Source: a virus
Taxonomy: Duplodnaviria > Caudoviricetes
Virus record (IMG/VR): IMGVR_UViG_3300043372_000548
Location: 1-54,738 of that record
Length of the DNA stretch: 54,738 bases
Reading direction: 5' to 3' (one strand)
A model generated the notes under the pieces. That model was not told the DNA's origin. It did no database searches and saw only the letters and a program-made list of their open reading frames with translations. Below, piece after piece: positions 34,277 through 43,292 of the stretch. A program made the translations under genes and the position numbers. Positions within the stretch are counted from its first letter, which is position 1. The number at the start of each line of letters is the position of its first letter.

Positions 34277-35118
34277 TGCGTTGGCCCTCCTGTTGTATTG
34301 GGCATGTAATCGTAAGTATAGAAACCAGGTCCATGCGGATTACCCCAAGCTACACTATTCGCAAAACTAATATAGCCCAGAGCTTGTATATTCGCAACTG
34401 TCGCTGGCCGCGTATTGGTTGGCGCATTTACATACGCTAACGGGCAAAATAGATACCCTGGATTCCAAGAAGCTTTACCAAATAAACTTTCTGATGGTGG
34501 CAGCACCAAAGTAGGCGGCTCAGATTTGTAACCTCCAGCTGAAAAAAAACACGGACCAACGTCTTGAACCTTGTAAAGGTAATTGCCTGATCCTTCCTCG
34601 ACAAATGGTTGAACGTAAACATTGAACCCTATAAAACCGTCGGTGCCTTCAAATCGCTCGCCGCGCAATTTAAAGACTTTATTGATCGTGTTGTACTCAA
34701 TAAATTCACCTTCACTAACATACCAAACGTTGCCGCCACCATGAGACACCTCAAACATTCGTGTAGGCGATGGAGGAGCAGCAAAGCCTTCAGTTAGTAA
34801 AAACTTTTGATCTTGTCGGTCCTTAACTAAAATCGACCCGTTATTTTCCAAGTCATCGACCTCAGCTAAAATTGCTGGCACATCGATTTCTGCCTCGCCA
34901 GTCCGAGCATACTCCGTATCAATCTGCACTGTATCAGCCTGGCCATAAGGTAAAGCACCATTTACCCACCACCGGCGTCCGGTGTTTGCATCCTTTACAA
35001 ACGTGACAAAACCTTGCTGCTGATTCTCTGTCAGATCAGCCAGAAAACACGCCGCATCTCCTGCTTCCGAACTGGAAGCTGGCACGGCGGGTTTTAAATG
35101 CTGCAACAAGGAATCCAT
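34273..35118 (-). CDS. Hypothetical virion protein
   Basis: 281-aa ORF in structural operon. Confidence 0.65.
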   Translation of the reverse strand: MDSLLQHLKPAVPASSSEAGDAACFLADLTENQQQGFVTFVKDANTGRRWWVNGALPYGQADTVQIDTEYARTGEAEIDVPAILAEVDDLENNGSILVKDRQDQKFLLTEGFAAPPSPTRMFEVSHGGGNVWYVSEGEFIEYNTINKVFKLRGERFEGTDGFIGFNVYVQPFVEEGSGNYLYKVQDVGPCFFSAGGYKSEPPTLVLPPSESLFGKASWNPGYLFCPLAYVNAPTNTRPATVANIQALGYISFANSVAWGNPHGPGFYTYDYMPNTTGGPTQ

Positions 35119-35124
35119 CGCTCG

Positions 35125-35781
35125 TTACTTTTTGCGCTTCTTAGGCTCGGTCGGTGCATCGCTCAGCGACTCGTTAGCGACTCGCTCAGACTCGCTCAGC
35201 GACTCAGGTTGTGTCACGTCAGGCAGTGTTTCCGCCTGCTCAATCTGCTCGATAGCAGCGGACAACGAACGATTCGTGGCCTGCTCGGCTTCAAGATCGG
35301 TTTGCAGACTCTGGTTTTGCACGCGCAAAGACTCAAGTTGAGTCAGCAGCAACTGCACATCTTCAAGACTTGGACCAGCAGCAGGAGGAGCCTCTGCAAT
35401 AATGCCATCCTCGGTCAGTGCAACGATTCTCACAAGCGGACGGATCGCGATACCTTCCGCTAGCAACCATTTTGGAGCCAGTTTATAAAACTCTTCCAAC
35501 GTGAGCAGGCGAGACTCAAAAACATGCATTCCTCCATCAGTATTGTCAGGAAGGTGCTGATTAGATCCATCCACACGCCCAAATTTCTGAGTGTAATAAA
35601 AGCGCCCATTGATCGGCTGCGTCGTGGTGCGACTTTGCCGCGGCAAATGCAGCAGCACGCGCAGATTGGCAGGCACTGTCACAGTGTATTCACGCACCGG
35701 CAGCGCAGGTGCTTCGATTGGCAAATCCGTGGCGGGCGGTAAGGTTTCCTCTAGGGCAGAAGTTTCAGCGTTGTCAGACAT
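35125..35781 (-). CDS. Hypothetical protein with C-terminal coiled coil, downstream of capsid
   Basis: 218 aa; heptad-rich acidic C-terminus and basic tip. Confidence 0.7.
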   Translation of the reverse strand: MSDNAETSALEETLPPATDLPIEAPALPVREYTVTVPANLRVLLHLPRQSRTTTQPINGRFYYTQKFGRVDGSNQHLPDNTDGGMHVFESRLLTLEEFYKLAPKWLLAEGIAIRPLVRIVALTEDGIIAEAPPAAGPSLEDVQLLLTQLESLRVQNQSLQTDLEAEQATNRSLSAAIEQIEQAETLPDVTQPESLSESERVANESLSDAPTEPKKRKK

Positions 35782-35801
35782 GATATGAAATGTTGAGATT
35801 T

Positions 35802-35837
35802 AAAATAGGCTTGGGGCACACCGAAGCGCCCCAAGCC
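35802..35837 (-). terminator. Intrinsic terminator after major capsid gene
   Basis: 10-bp stem GGCTTGGGGC/GCCCCAAGCC followed on the minus strand by TATTTT. Confidence 0.75.
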
Positions 35838-35850
35838 ATACATTTACCGG

Positions 35851-37401
35851 TTAGCTTGCCACTGGGTGATTCCAACCAGGGTAACTAATCGCGTGATTGA
35901 CGACCATGATTGCAGGGAACTTGTCGGCAGCATTCTGTCGTGGTTTCTGACCAAAGATAGAGGCAATGTAAAGCTCATTGACCGCACCGCCTTCGCGAGA
36001 ATCCGTCATGCGTTTGTTACGGAACTGGCCGTAAGCACGACGCATAGCCCCGCGATACAATCCCAGCGTGCGTCCGATTGGAACACCTTTAGAATTGCTA
36101 AGATACACCAAAGCACCCGCGACAAAGTTCATGGTATTCTTGGCCGCGTCGTAAGTAACGCCGCCGACAGTTGTGTTTCTGATACCAGTAACAGCACCAG
36201 GTCCAAGAATCTTTGACGGAACCATTTCATTGCCGTTGGCAGTGAAACCATTCGTGTCGATTTCCATAATAGTCCACTTATTGCGGATCACTTCACCACC
36301 ACCGGTATTGGCGGCATTTGCTGGGTTTACAATCGTGACGTAGAATTTGTTTGTATCCGTCAGGAAATGCGTGCTGGCAGTCGTTGATAGAACTCCGCCA
36401 GTGCCAACAAATTTGAACGCAAATTTGGGGAAGAATCTCCAGAATGCCACTTTGCTACGACCTGCGTTAGTAGTGTTACCACCACCGCAAATGGCACGGC
36501 CTGTGCCAGTAAGATCAGTCGTCGTGCCAGCAACAATCGGCACACCCAGGAAGCCCTTTGGATTCAGAGGAGAACCAATAGCGCCACACCCATCGTGGTC
36601 CTTGACGCTCCATTGCTTGATCATGTTACCGTCGATCATCGAGACGCCACCTTTGAAAATAAGGTTTTCGCCTCCACGAATGCCGGCATCACGCTGTGCC
36701 TGTTTGTAGTCGGGGTCGGTCTTGAGACCGCGCGCACCTTCAGTTGTAGTCAGGAAACAGGCACCAGTGATCTTTTCCTTGCCGTTGTTGCCGATATAGG
36801 CTGGCACACCACCCATAGGTTCGAGCATGGCGTTTGCAGTGATGACGTCGTCCATAGTCAGCACGTCACCGGAAAGCAAGCGGTCAGGATTACCTGCGCC
36901 ATTTGCCCACACATGGTTTTCAGTGGAAACTTGATGAATGAGGCTCATGAGTCCTTGGAAAGTCTTTTCACGACCCATCCAGGCTCCCATGTTCTCGTTG
37001 ACATCGTTCATGATTTCACCGCGCATACCAAGTCCGTCTTCCATCAAGAAGAAGTTTTCGATACCGTTGCGAAGCAGGTCAACGCGGACGGATTGCTGTT
37101 TCATGGAGATTTGCTCAAGCAGGTCACGATTGCCTGCAAAAAGCTCCTCACCAACCAACCCAGAGCCATAAAAGCCGGCCATGGTGCGGAAATGCACTTC
37201 ATGACCACGACCTGTGCTCGTGGATGTTTCGGTTTGAATGATGGCTTCCATGCCACCCTCCATAGGGCCGAGGATGTCCTCGGTTTGCTCGTATCGGTCA
37301 GCGCCTGCTTTCCAAATCTGAGCTTCATTAAGCGGATCTTGGCCGCGAAGGTTTTCTCCGGTATTGATGGCGTTGGTAACGCCGGTTCCTGCGAATGTCA
37401 T
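35851..37401 (-). CDS. Major capsid protein (N4-gp56/DUF4043-like, HK97 fold)
   Basis: Follows scaffold; G.EVHF, V.VDLLRNG, LKTDPDYKQAQRDAGIRG.EN.IFKG motifs; strong terminator downstream. Confidence 0.85.
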   Translation of the reverse strand: MTFAGTGVTNAINTGENLRGQDPLNEAQIWKAGADRYEQTEDILGPMEGGMEAIIQTETSTSTGRGHEVHFRTMAGFYGSGLVGEELFAGNRDLLEQISMKQQSVRVDLLRNGIENFFLMEDGLGMRGEIMNDVNENMGAWMGREKTFQGLMSLIHQVSTENHVWANGAGNPDRLLSGDVLTMDDVITANAMLEPMGGVPAYIGNNGKEKITGACFLTTTEGARGLKTDPDYKQAQRDAGIRGGENLIFKGGVSMIDGNMIKQWSVKDHDGCGAIGSPLNPKGFLGVPIVAGTTTDLTGTGRAICGGGNTTNAGRSKVAFWRFFPKFAFKFVGTGGVLSTTASTHFLTDTNKFYVTIVNPANAANTGGGEVIRNKWTIMEIDTNGFTANGNEMVPSKILGPGAVTGIRNTTVGGVTYDAAKNTMNFVAGALVYLSNSKGVPIGRTLGLYRGAMRRAYGQFRNKRMTDSREGGAVNELYIASIFGQKPRQNAADKFPAIMVVNHAISYPGWNHPVAS

Positions 37402-37452
37402 ATTTGTGTGTGTTTTGGTCAACACACACTGCCTGCATTCTCATGAGGTCAT

Positions 37453-38481
37453 TTATCGCCGAGACTGCGCGGCATACGCCGCTTTCATCTCCTCGTAATT
37501 ATCCACGGTAATGGGGACAGTGCGCGCTGTATTGTGTGAGCGAGCATCCCCACCAGCAATGATGCTGGGTGGCCGATGGATAGATGTGGGGGGCGTGGAC
37601 AAATGTTGGGGCGCTGCCGTTTGGCGGGCAGCCGGTTGGTTAAGCAGCAATGCTGCCTCAGAATAAAGTGCGACCGCAGAGCGCGGATCGTTGGCAAGCG
37701 GGTGACCTTCTTCGAGCCATTGCTGCCGCACCTGGGCTGCAGCATTTTCGAGAGGTGTATTAGCTACACCGGCATCAGCAAAAAGGCGCTGCGCGCGAGA
37801 TAGGTCTTCGTGCCAGACTAATTCCGCAGCAGTGTGCTGCACGCGGTTAGCATGACCTTCGGCGACGGCAAACTCAGCGCGGTAACGCTGTAACTGGTTG
37901 CCTGCTTCGCGCGCTTCTTTGGCAGCACGAGGATCAAAGTTTTCTAAATGCTCAAACTCGACATCCACCAGACGTTGAATCTCCGCATCAATGTCGGCCA
38001 ACGTGCTAAACGTAGGCTGTGTCATCGATGCATTGTCGCCGGCGCCGGAGTTTGCAGGCATCGGTGGCGGGGCTGCTCGGTTAAGGATAAAATCCTTGAG
38101 ACCCATACCGTTGCCGTTGGATTTCCAGTCCTGGATGACATCCATGTCTTCCTGGTTCACTGGCCGGATCGGCACCTTAGGCAGTTTATTTTCTGCCTGG
38201 GGAGCAGGAGCGGGAGCAATAGGTGCAGATTCACCACGCAAGAAAGCCGCTTTGGCATCTGCATAATGATCGTTGTCCACGCCCCCGACATCTACCGTTT
38301 CAGCCGCCGGCATACTGCCAGTGGTTTCGCTCGCCGTTGCTTCTGGCGAGGGTTGTTCTGTTGGTAACGAATTATTGACCGGCGCTACATCGGTCACGGG
38401 CGCATTGGTGCCGAGAAGGGAAGTATCCACTTCGGCGGCGGCATTGGCTTGGGAGGTATCCTCAGGCATGAGGCCACTCAT
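37453..38481 (-). CDS. Putative capsid scaffolding protein
   Basis: Acidic disordered N-terminus, helical middle, directly upstream of capsid. Confidence 0.7.
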   Translation of the reverse strand: MSGLMPEDTSQANAAAEVDTSLLGTNAPVTDVAPVNNSLPTEQPSPEATASETTGSMPAAETVDVGGVDNDHYADAKAAFLRGESAPIAPAPAPQAENKLPKVPIRPVNQEDMDVIQDWKSNGNGMGLKDFILNRAAPPPMPANSGAGDNASMTQPTFSTLADIDAEIQRLVDVEFEHLENFDPRAAKEAREAGNQLQRYRAEFAVAEGHANRVQHTAAELVWHEDLSRAQRLFADAGVANTPLENAAAQVRQQWLEEGHPLANDPRSAVALYSEAALLLNQPAARQTAAPQHLSTPPTSIHRPPSIIAGGDARSHNTARTVPITVDNYEEMKAAYAAQSRR

Positions 38482-38519
38482 AGGTTGCAGTCGTTGTCTG
38501 AATCAAGCATTTTGTCATT

Positions 38520-40400
38520 TTAGATTTCGTGGGCACCACCACCACTTTGCACCCAGCTTCTCATCCGCTGCTCAACTTCAAGCATTCGTTGAACTTCCCT
38601 GGGCATTTCGACCATGCGCGCAGTGGGCACCATAACGGTGCCGAGATTTCGCAGGTGATAACCAAACGCCAAAGCCATGACAAAGTCGTCATGCTTACCG
38701 TTAAGTGCCTCCGCCTTGCCTGTCTTAAGATTGACCGCAAACGTTTCAAGTTCATCAAGGACATGAAGAAACGGAATCTCCAACCCCTCTTGCTGGTAAT
38801 ACATGCGGCGGATTGCCGTTTGCAGAGCATTCAGGAACTGGCTGCGCATCCCGTGACCATCGCCTGAGTCGCTGGTCCAAATACCATATTTGCCTGTCGG
38901 TAGCTGGTCATTAACATCCGTAGCCGGGCGCATTCTTTCAAAGACTGGCACCTCTAGTTTTCTCAATGCAGCAATCAAACCGCAGTCGTTGTTAGCCTCT
39001 GGCACAACTAGGGCATTGCCATAGAATCGAGAAAGTTTGGCAATTTCTTCCGCCAGTAAATCGATCTCACCACGATATTTCGGACGCAAACAGCAGACCA
39101 CACGCGGAGGCCTCCAGAATCCTTTCTGGTTCATGTAACCTTCACGCACGCACGCGACTGCGTGACAGTCAGGATCTTTACCAGCTTCATCTACCGCGAT
39201 ACCTCGCGCATTATCGACGCTGATAATGTATCGCAGCCCAATCGTTGGTTGATCGTCGTCATCCGGTCCCATCATCCACAACGGTCGCTCTGTCTCAATC
39301 TCCGGCATCCAGTTAACCGCTTTGCGCTCTTTCTCGTGGTCCCATTGCAGCGTCCCGCGTTTGATCAGATGCTGAATCATCTCGGCGGATGTCCGCATCC
39401 TGCGCAATATCTGCTTGTTGAAAAAACATGGCTGGCTGGCATGAAAGCCAGACTCTTCTGTCGTGGGCTCCTCACGATCTCGTTCTTCTGGGTCCCAGTC
39501 ACATTCTTTGAGACGCATTCGAAAATACTTAATGTGTCCTGGCGTCAGCCGGTAACGAGTCAGCAACTCCATTTCCCTGGCGCGCTCTTCTTCATTCAGT
39601 GCCGTTGTCCCATCCAGGATGCCTGACGCTTCCTTTTCTGTGCATGGCAGGACCGAATCATCAAACACATACCAAGGGATGAAAATCTTGATAAAATCGC
39701 CGTAATCGTAGTCACCGGCTTTCAGTTGCTCAAACGTCTTAGCACTTTGCCACTGCTCGTAAAACACGCCGGACGCACCGCGCACGGTGCTCTCAGCAAT
39801 CACCAGGGTGTTCGGCTCTTTCGGCACGCCACCCATGAGACCAGAAAAAACTTTACCCGCATCACGCACCTTGCCGGTGCCTGCTTCAGCCCATCGCGCA
39901 ATCTCCGTGCAGACCATAGCTCCAATAGTCGCAGATCGTCCCGATTCCGCGTTTTTGCTTGTGGCCCACTTCGCCCTAGCACCATTGCCATAAGTCGCCG
40001 TCTTGGTTGTAATCTCGACCGGCCATCCCCAGTCGTAGCCGTCGTTCTCATTGTAAGTTCGCAGGATGCCCCAAAGGTTGTCACAGTTATCCAGGCTTTC
40101 ACCGACCACATACCCATTGTGTTCAAACCGTTTGATAAACCAGTCCAGGCAAGCCATCGACATCGTCGAGGATCCTTTTTGACGAGGTTTATAAATCAGC
40201 AACCGGACCGGTATCTTGTGTTCCAGCATGTAGGCAATAATCGTGCCCACCCGCTTTTGCAGTGGGTTCGGCTCGATCTTCTTCAGCGCTTTGTTTTTAA
40301 GCCTGATCCAGCCAAATTTCCGCAGCCAAAACATGGGATTGGCTTCAATAAGCAGGCGCTCAATCAAACTGGTCGTGGCCGTTGGTTTGGGCTCGCTCAT
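38520..40400 (-). CDS. terL: Terminase large subunit
   Basis: KPRQKGSST Walker A, CTEIARW Walker B region, ESTVRG motif III, nuclease ISVDNARG, PEANN, KHDDFVMAL. Confidence 0.92.
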   Translation of the reverse strand: MSEPKPTATTSLIERLLIEANPMFWLRKFGWIRLKNKALKKIEPNPLQKRVGTIIAYMLEHKIPVRLLIYKPRQKGSSTMSMACLDWFIKRFEHNGYVVGESLDNCDNLWGILRTYNENDGYDWGWPVEITTKTATYGNGARAKWATSKNAESGRSATIGAMVCTEIARWAEAGTGKVRDAGKVFSGLMGGVPKEPNTLVIAESTVRGASGVFYEQWQSAKTFEQLKAGDYDYGDFIKIFIPWYVFDDSVLPCTEKEASGILDGTTALNEEERAREMELLTRYRLTPGHIKYFRMRLKECDWDPEERDREEPTTEESGFHASQPCFFNKQILRRMRTSAEMIQHLIKRGTLQWDHEKERKAVNWMPEIETERPLWMMGPDDDDQPTIGLRYIISVDNARGIAVDEAGKDPDCHAVACVREGYMNQKGFWRPPRVVCCLRPKYRGEIDLLAEEIAKLSRFYGNALVVPEANNDCGLIAALRKLEVPVFERMRPATDVNDQLPTGKYGIWTSDSGDGHGMRSQFLNALQTAIRRMYYQQEGLEIPFLHVLDELETFAVNLKTGKAEALNGKHDDFVMALAFGYHLRNLGTVMVPTARMVEMPREVQRMLEVEQRMRSWVQSGGGAHEI

Positions 40401-41239
40401 GTTGTCGCTGGGCCTTCCTGGTTGGCTATCGACGGCGGTGCTGCTGTTTTCACAGGCTCAGGCTTCGCACTCCTGATTGTCGAGCACAAGCCTTCCATGT
40501 ATTCCAAGGCTGCTTCATCCGTCTTGATCCAATCCACGAGCTCAGTGTAACTCATCCTGGGCTTTTCCGTGACAGGCTTAACCTGTTCAGTCGGTCGGCC
40601 TTGCCTCCACTCTGTCAGCGCCTTGAGCGCCTGGAACTGCACCGAGAATGCAGGCCTCCAACCCATAACCGCGCCGTCCTTTGCGTTATAGACAGGTTCT
40701 TCCGCCGTAAGTAATCGCTCAAAGTGGCCCGTGATCGTCTGGTCGGGAAACACATGCGCCATGGCTGCATTAAAATCCACGCCGACAGGAATCTCGGTCG
40801 ATTTGTTCTCCGATTTGGCTGCTTCTTGAGTCTCCGCCGGCGCAGTCGTTGAAGCACCAGAAACCGTTTTATTAGTGGGTAAAAGAACCGGTTCTTTAAC
40901 CGGTTCTTGAGTTGCGGGCGCGGACGCGCGCGTACGAGGCCTCAAAACCTTCTTTTTGGCAGTCGGAACAATAATCCAGTTGTTGTAGTTCTCGCCATTG
41001 TGGATTTTACGCAAAACATCCAGTCCAAGTGCTTTACTTTTGATCACAAGCCAACGTCGCGTTGGATAATGCACCAACACAAAGCGGCCAGCCTGCAAAG
41101 CGGTCGTGGAAAAGTCCACAAGCTCAGGCAATCCTATCTTGGAATCATAAAGGCAAACGCGCCCATCACCACCAAGAATGAGCGGGACCTTACGATAGCT
41201 AATATACTGCGGACCAGCAGCAGACGTTGTCTTCGGCAT
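40397..41239 (-). CDS. Putative terminase small subunit (with extra N-terminal domain)
   Basis: Immediately upstream of terL with ATGA overlap; C-terminal helical domain ending ALKAL...GRP; ATG at 41239. Confidence 0.6.
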   Translation of the reverse strand: MPKTTSAAGPQYISYRKVPLILGGDGRVCLYDSKIGLPELVDFSTTALQAGRFVLVHYPTRRWLVIKSKALGLDVLRKIHNGENYNNWIIVPTAKKKVLRPRTRASAPATQEPVKEPVLLPTNKTVSGASTTAPAETQEAAKSENKSTEIPVGVDFNAAMAHVFPDQTITGHFERLLTAEEPVYNAKDGAVMGWRPAFSVQFQALKALTEWRQGRPTEQVKPVTEKPRMSYTELVDWIKTDEAALEYMEGLCSTIRSAKPEPVKTAAPPSIANQEGPATT

Positions 41240-41244
41240 CCCCA

Positions 41245-41273
41245 CGCTTAGCCACACGTCGCGTCAAAGTCTA
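41245..41273 (-). promoter_or_regulatory. Putative late promoter for terS (TAGACT-N17-TAAGCG, leaderless)
   Basis: Same 13-mer and 5-nt spacing to ATG as the portal promoter. Confidence 0.6.
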
Positions 41274-41317
41274 GGCCAGGTGTGTGCGGTATTACAGCCC
41301 TCGCAAATGCCAGGCAA

Positions 41318-41500
41318 ATTCATTTCGATAAACCATTCTTCGAAATGCAAGAGCTCAAATTTAGCACCTTGCCTATGTGCTAAATCTTGAATCCTTTTCT
41401 CACAATATTCTGAGCATTGATCTGCACAAAAGATTCATTTCGATAAACCATTCTTCGAAATGCAAGAGCTCAAATTTAGCACCTTGCCTATGTGCTAAAT
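41318..41500. repeat. Two identical 68-bp direct repeats (41318..41385, 41433..41500), each holding two palindromes
   Basis: CATTTCGA-N11-TCGAAATG and ATTTAGCAC-N9-GTGCTAAAT in each copy; 47-bp spacer. Confidence 0.95.
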
Positions 41501-41524
41501 TTTTCTCTATTTTTGTGATTAACT

Positions 41525-41574
41525 CTTGAATTACAGCTTGTATTAAATCAAGTGTATGGCATACTAAAAGTGCC
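41525..41574 (+). promoter_or_regulatory. Early promoter copy 1 (TTGTAT-N16-CATACT) with CTTG-N8-CAAG palindrome
   Basis: Near-identical block repeated at 42637..42686. Confidence 0.75.
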
Positions 41575-41985
41575 ATGAAAAACCTCACTGAGCTCACCAA
41601 AACCGACAAGTTAAACCTCATTTATCGCCACACTCACCCCGACTACAAAGGCAGCGGCAAGGGCGACGCCCGCGCCATTTTGGTCCTACGCCACGGCACA
41701 AACCTCGTGCCTCTGAATGATCTCACAGATGCAGAGATAGCCTACAAGCTTCCTTTCGCCATTGCCAGCGAAGAAAAACGCCTCACCAAACCCGCCTGGT
41801 ATTCTCCCCGTGAAGACGCCATGCGCAACGGCAGCGCCTTCCGCGTAGCTGCCCGTGGAATGTTCGCTCGCTACGTCAACGGTGACTACATCGGCGACGT
41901 TTCTGAGATCCCTAATGGCCTCATGGCCTTCACTAAAAAAGAAGCTAAAGCCCTCCTTCCAGCCGGCATGGGCGGCAATCTCTAA
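41575..41985 (+). CDS. Early hypothetical protein
   Basis: 136-aa ORF directly behind early promoter. Confidence 0.75.
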   Translation: MKNLTELTKTDKLNLIYRHTHPDYKGSGKGDARAILVLRHGTNLVPLNDLTDAEIAYKLPFAIASEEKRLTKPAWYSPREDAMRNGSAFRVAARGMFARYVNGDYIGDVSEIPNGLMAFTKKEAKALLPAGMGGNL

Positions 41986-42015
41986 AAATTCTAAACCTTA
42001 ACGAAACCCACCCCA

Positions 42016-42318
42016 ATGAACACTCAAGCTCAAATTGCTCTCCTTTTTTTCAAACAATACATCCACGGTCCTTTTGCTAAAAAACGGAAAAATGACGTGC
42101 TACTCCTCAATGCTGAAAAACAACCCATTGCCTTCATTAACCGGCGTGGAATGTTTGGTGCAGCCCGAAAACTCCCCAACGGTAGATTGTGGTTCAGTTA
42201 TCCACCGCAAGCCCTTGAAGAGCAATTCATGCTCCACGCCGTCCGCTACTCGGAAAAAAGAGATGTCGCTAAAGCCGCCATTGAAGGCCTGTTCCCTGAT
42301 GAATTCACCCTCAACTGA
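42016..42318 (+). CDS. Early hypothetical protein
   Basis: 100-aa ORF with A/C-rich leader. Confidence 0.7.
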   Translation: MNTQAQIALLFFKQYIHGPFAKKRKNDVLLLNAEKQPIAFINRRGMFGAARKLPNGRLWFSYPPQALEEQFMLHAVRYSEKRDVAKAAIEGLFPDEFTLN

Positions 42319-42419
42319 CCGCCATGATACCAAAACTAACACCAGCCCAGAAAGCCGCTAAAATGCTCGGCATGACTCACGAGCACTGCCTATAAAACCT
42401 CCACGCCAAATACACCTAT

Positions 42420-42622
42420 ATGACCAACTACGAAATCACCCGCCGCTTTTTAAAAGCCACCGATGCCGCCACCAAACGCAGCATTTTATCAAACATCGCC
42501 AAGCACTACAGGAGGCTGAGGAGGAAGTTACCGACCCCAATGCCGAGCACCTGCTCGACTATGTCACCGGCCCACTGCGCGCAGCGGCTCACGCTATCAT
42601 GCAGCGCCACAGCTTGGCATAA
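42420..42622 (+). pseudogene. Frameshifted small phage gene (…NIAKHY / QEAEEEVTDPNAEHLLDYVTG…)
   Basis: Protein-like sequence continues in the -1 frame from 42509 to TAA 42622; no slippery heptamer. Confidence 0.7.
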
Positions 42623-42636
42623 ATCTTTTGTCTCAA

Positions 42637-42686
42637 CTTGAAATACCACTTGTATTAAATCAAGAACGGAGTAAACTAAGAGTGCC
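42637..42686 (+). promoter_or_regulatory. Early promoter copy 2 (TTGTAT-N16-TAAACT) with CTTG-N8-CAAG palindrome
   Basis: Shares CTTGTATTAAATCAAG and AGTGCCATGAAAAAC with copy 1. Confidence 0.75.
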
Positions 42687-43064
42687 ATGAAAAACGAAAA
42701 CAAACCAAGTCAATTCAAGGTCGGCGATAAAGCCACCCATACCGTCCACACCGACAGTCATGCCGGTTACATCGTCCATGTCTCGCCCAACGGTAAAACA
42801 GTGCTCTTTGCGCGTGCAGAGGCCAAACTCCTCAACAGCCCCAACTCGAATGAGCCCGACGCTCTAGAGTTTAGCCGTGGCGGATTTATTGGCCACACCT
42901 CGGGCAATCAACGCTGGGAAATCAATGACAAGCCTATGGAAGGTCACCGCGATAAATTCACGCTCCGCAGCAATGGCCGCTGGAAAGTCGCCGGCGGTGG
43001 CACTTACACCCCAGGTAACAGCCTGAACGCCGGCCATCATCACCACTACGATTACAACTTTTAA
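42687..43064 (+). CDS. Conserved phage hypothetical protein (SH3-like VGD.AT...D, R.NGRW, YD.NF)
   Basis: 125-aa ORF behind promoter copy 2. Confidence 0.8.
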   Translation: MKNENKPSQFKVGDKATHTVHTDSHAGYIVHVSPNGKTVLFARAEAKLLNSPNSNEPDALEFSRGGFIGHTSGNQRWEINDKPMEGHRDKFTLRSNGRWKVAGGGTYTPGNSLNAGHHHHYDYNF

Positions 43065-43103
43065 CTCAAACAGGGGCTCGACTGTAACGCGCAAAACAAT
43101 ATA

Positions 43104-43292
43104 ATGCATTCTACCCAACTCACCATCGGCCATGACCAACAAGGCACCCCCAATGCTCAGGCAAACGCTAAGCTTTTTGCCGCTGCTGAAGAGATGCTGA
43201 AGGCTCTTCAAACCATTGATGCCAACGCCGCTGAATCTGTCGAATGGATCCGTTGCGTCGCCCGTAAAGCCATCGCCAAAGCCATCGCCTGA
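43104..43292 (+). CDS. Small phage protein with ANAxLxAAAxEML motif
   Basis: Motif common in small phage early proteins. Confidence 0.7.
   Translation: MHSTQLTIGHDQQGTPNAQANAKLFAAAEEMLKALQTIDANAAESVEWIRCVARKAIAKAIA

Noticed and set aside
35158-35206. CTCGCTCAG / GCGACTC short repeats
   Set aside because: Explained by the ESLS peptide repeats in a disordered tail
36595-40550. Long plus-strand ORFs (283 aa at 36595, 274 aa at 39726)
   Set aside because: Antisense shadows of the capsid and terminase genes
41359-41385. CIRCE (HrcA) element
   Set aside because: Shares TTAGCAC arms, but CIRCE is TTAGCACTC-N9-GAGTGCTAA; here the inner bases differ and spacing is 4 bp shorter
41318-41500. Mini-CRISPR array
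   Set aside because: Only two repeats, 68 bp is far longer than CRISPR repeats, and there are no cas genes
41537-41552. LexA box in early promoters
   Set aside because: CTTG-N8-CAAG matches neither CTG-N10-CAG, GAAC-N4-GTTC nor TGTTC-N4-GAACA
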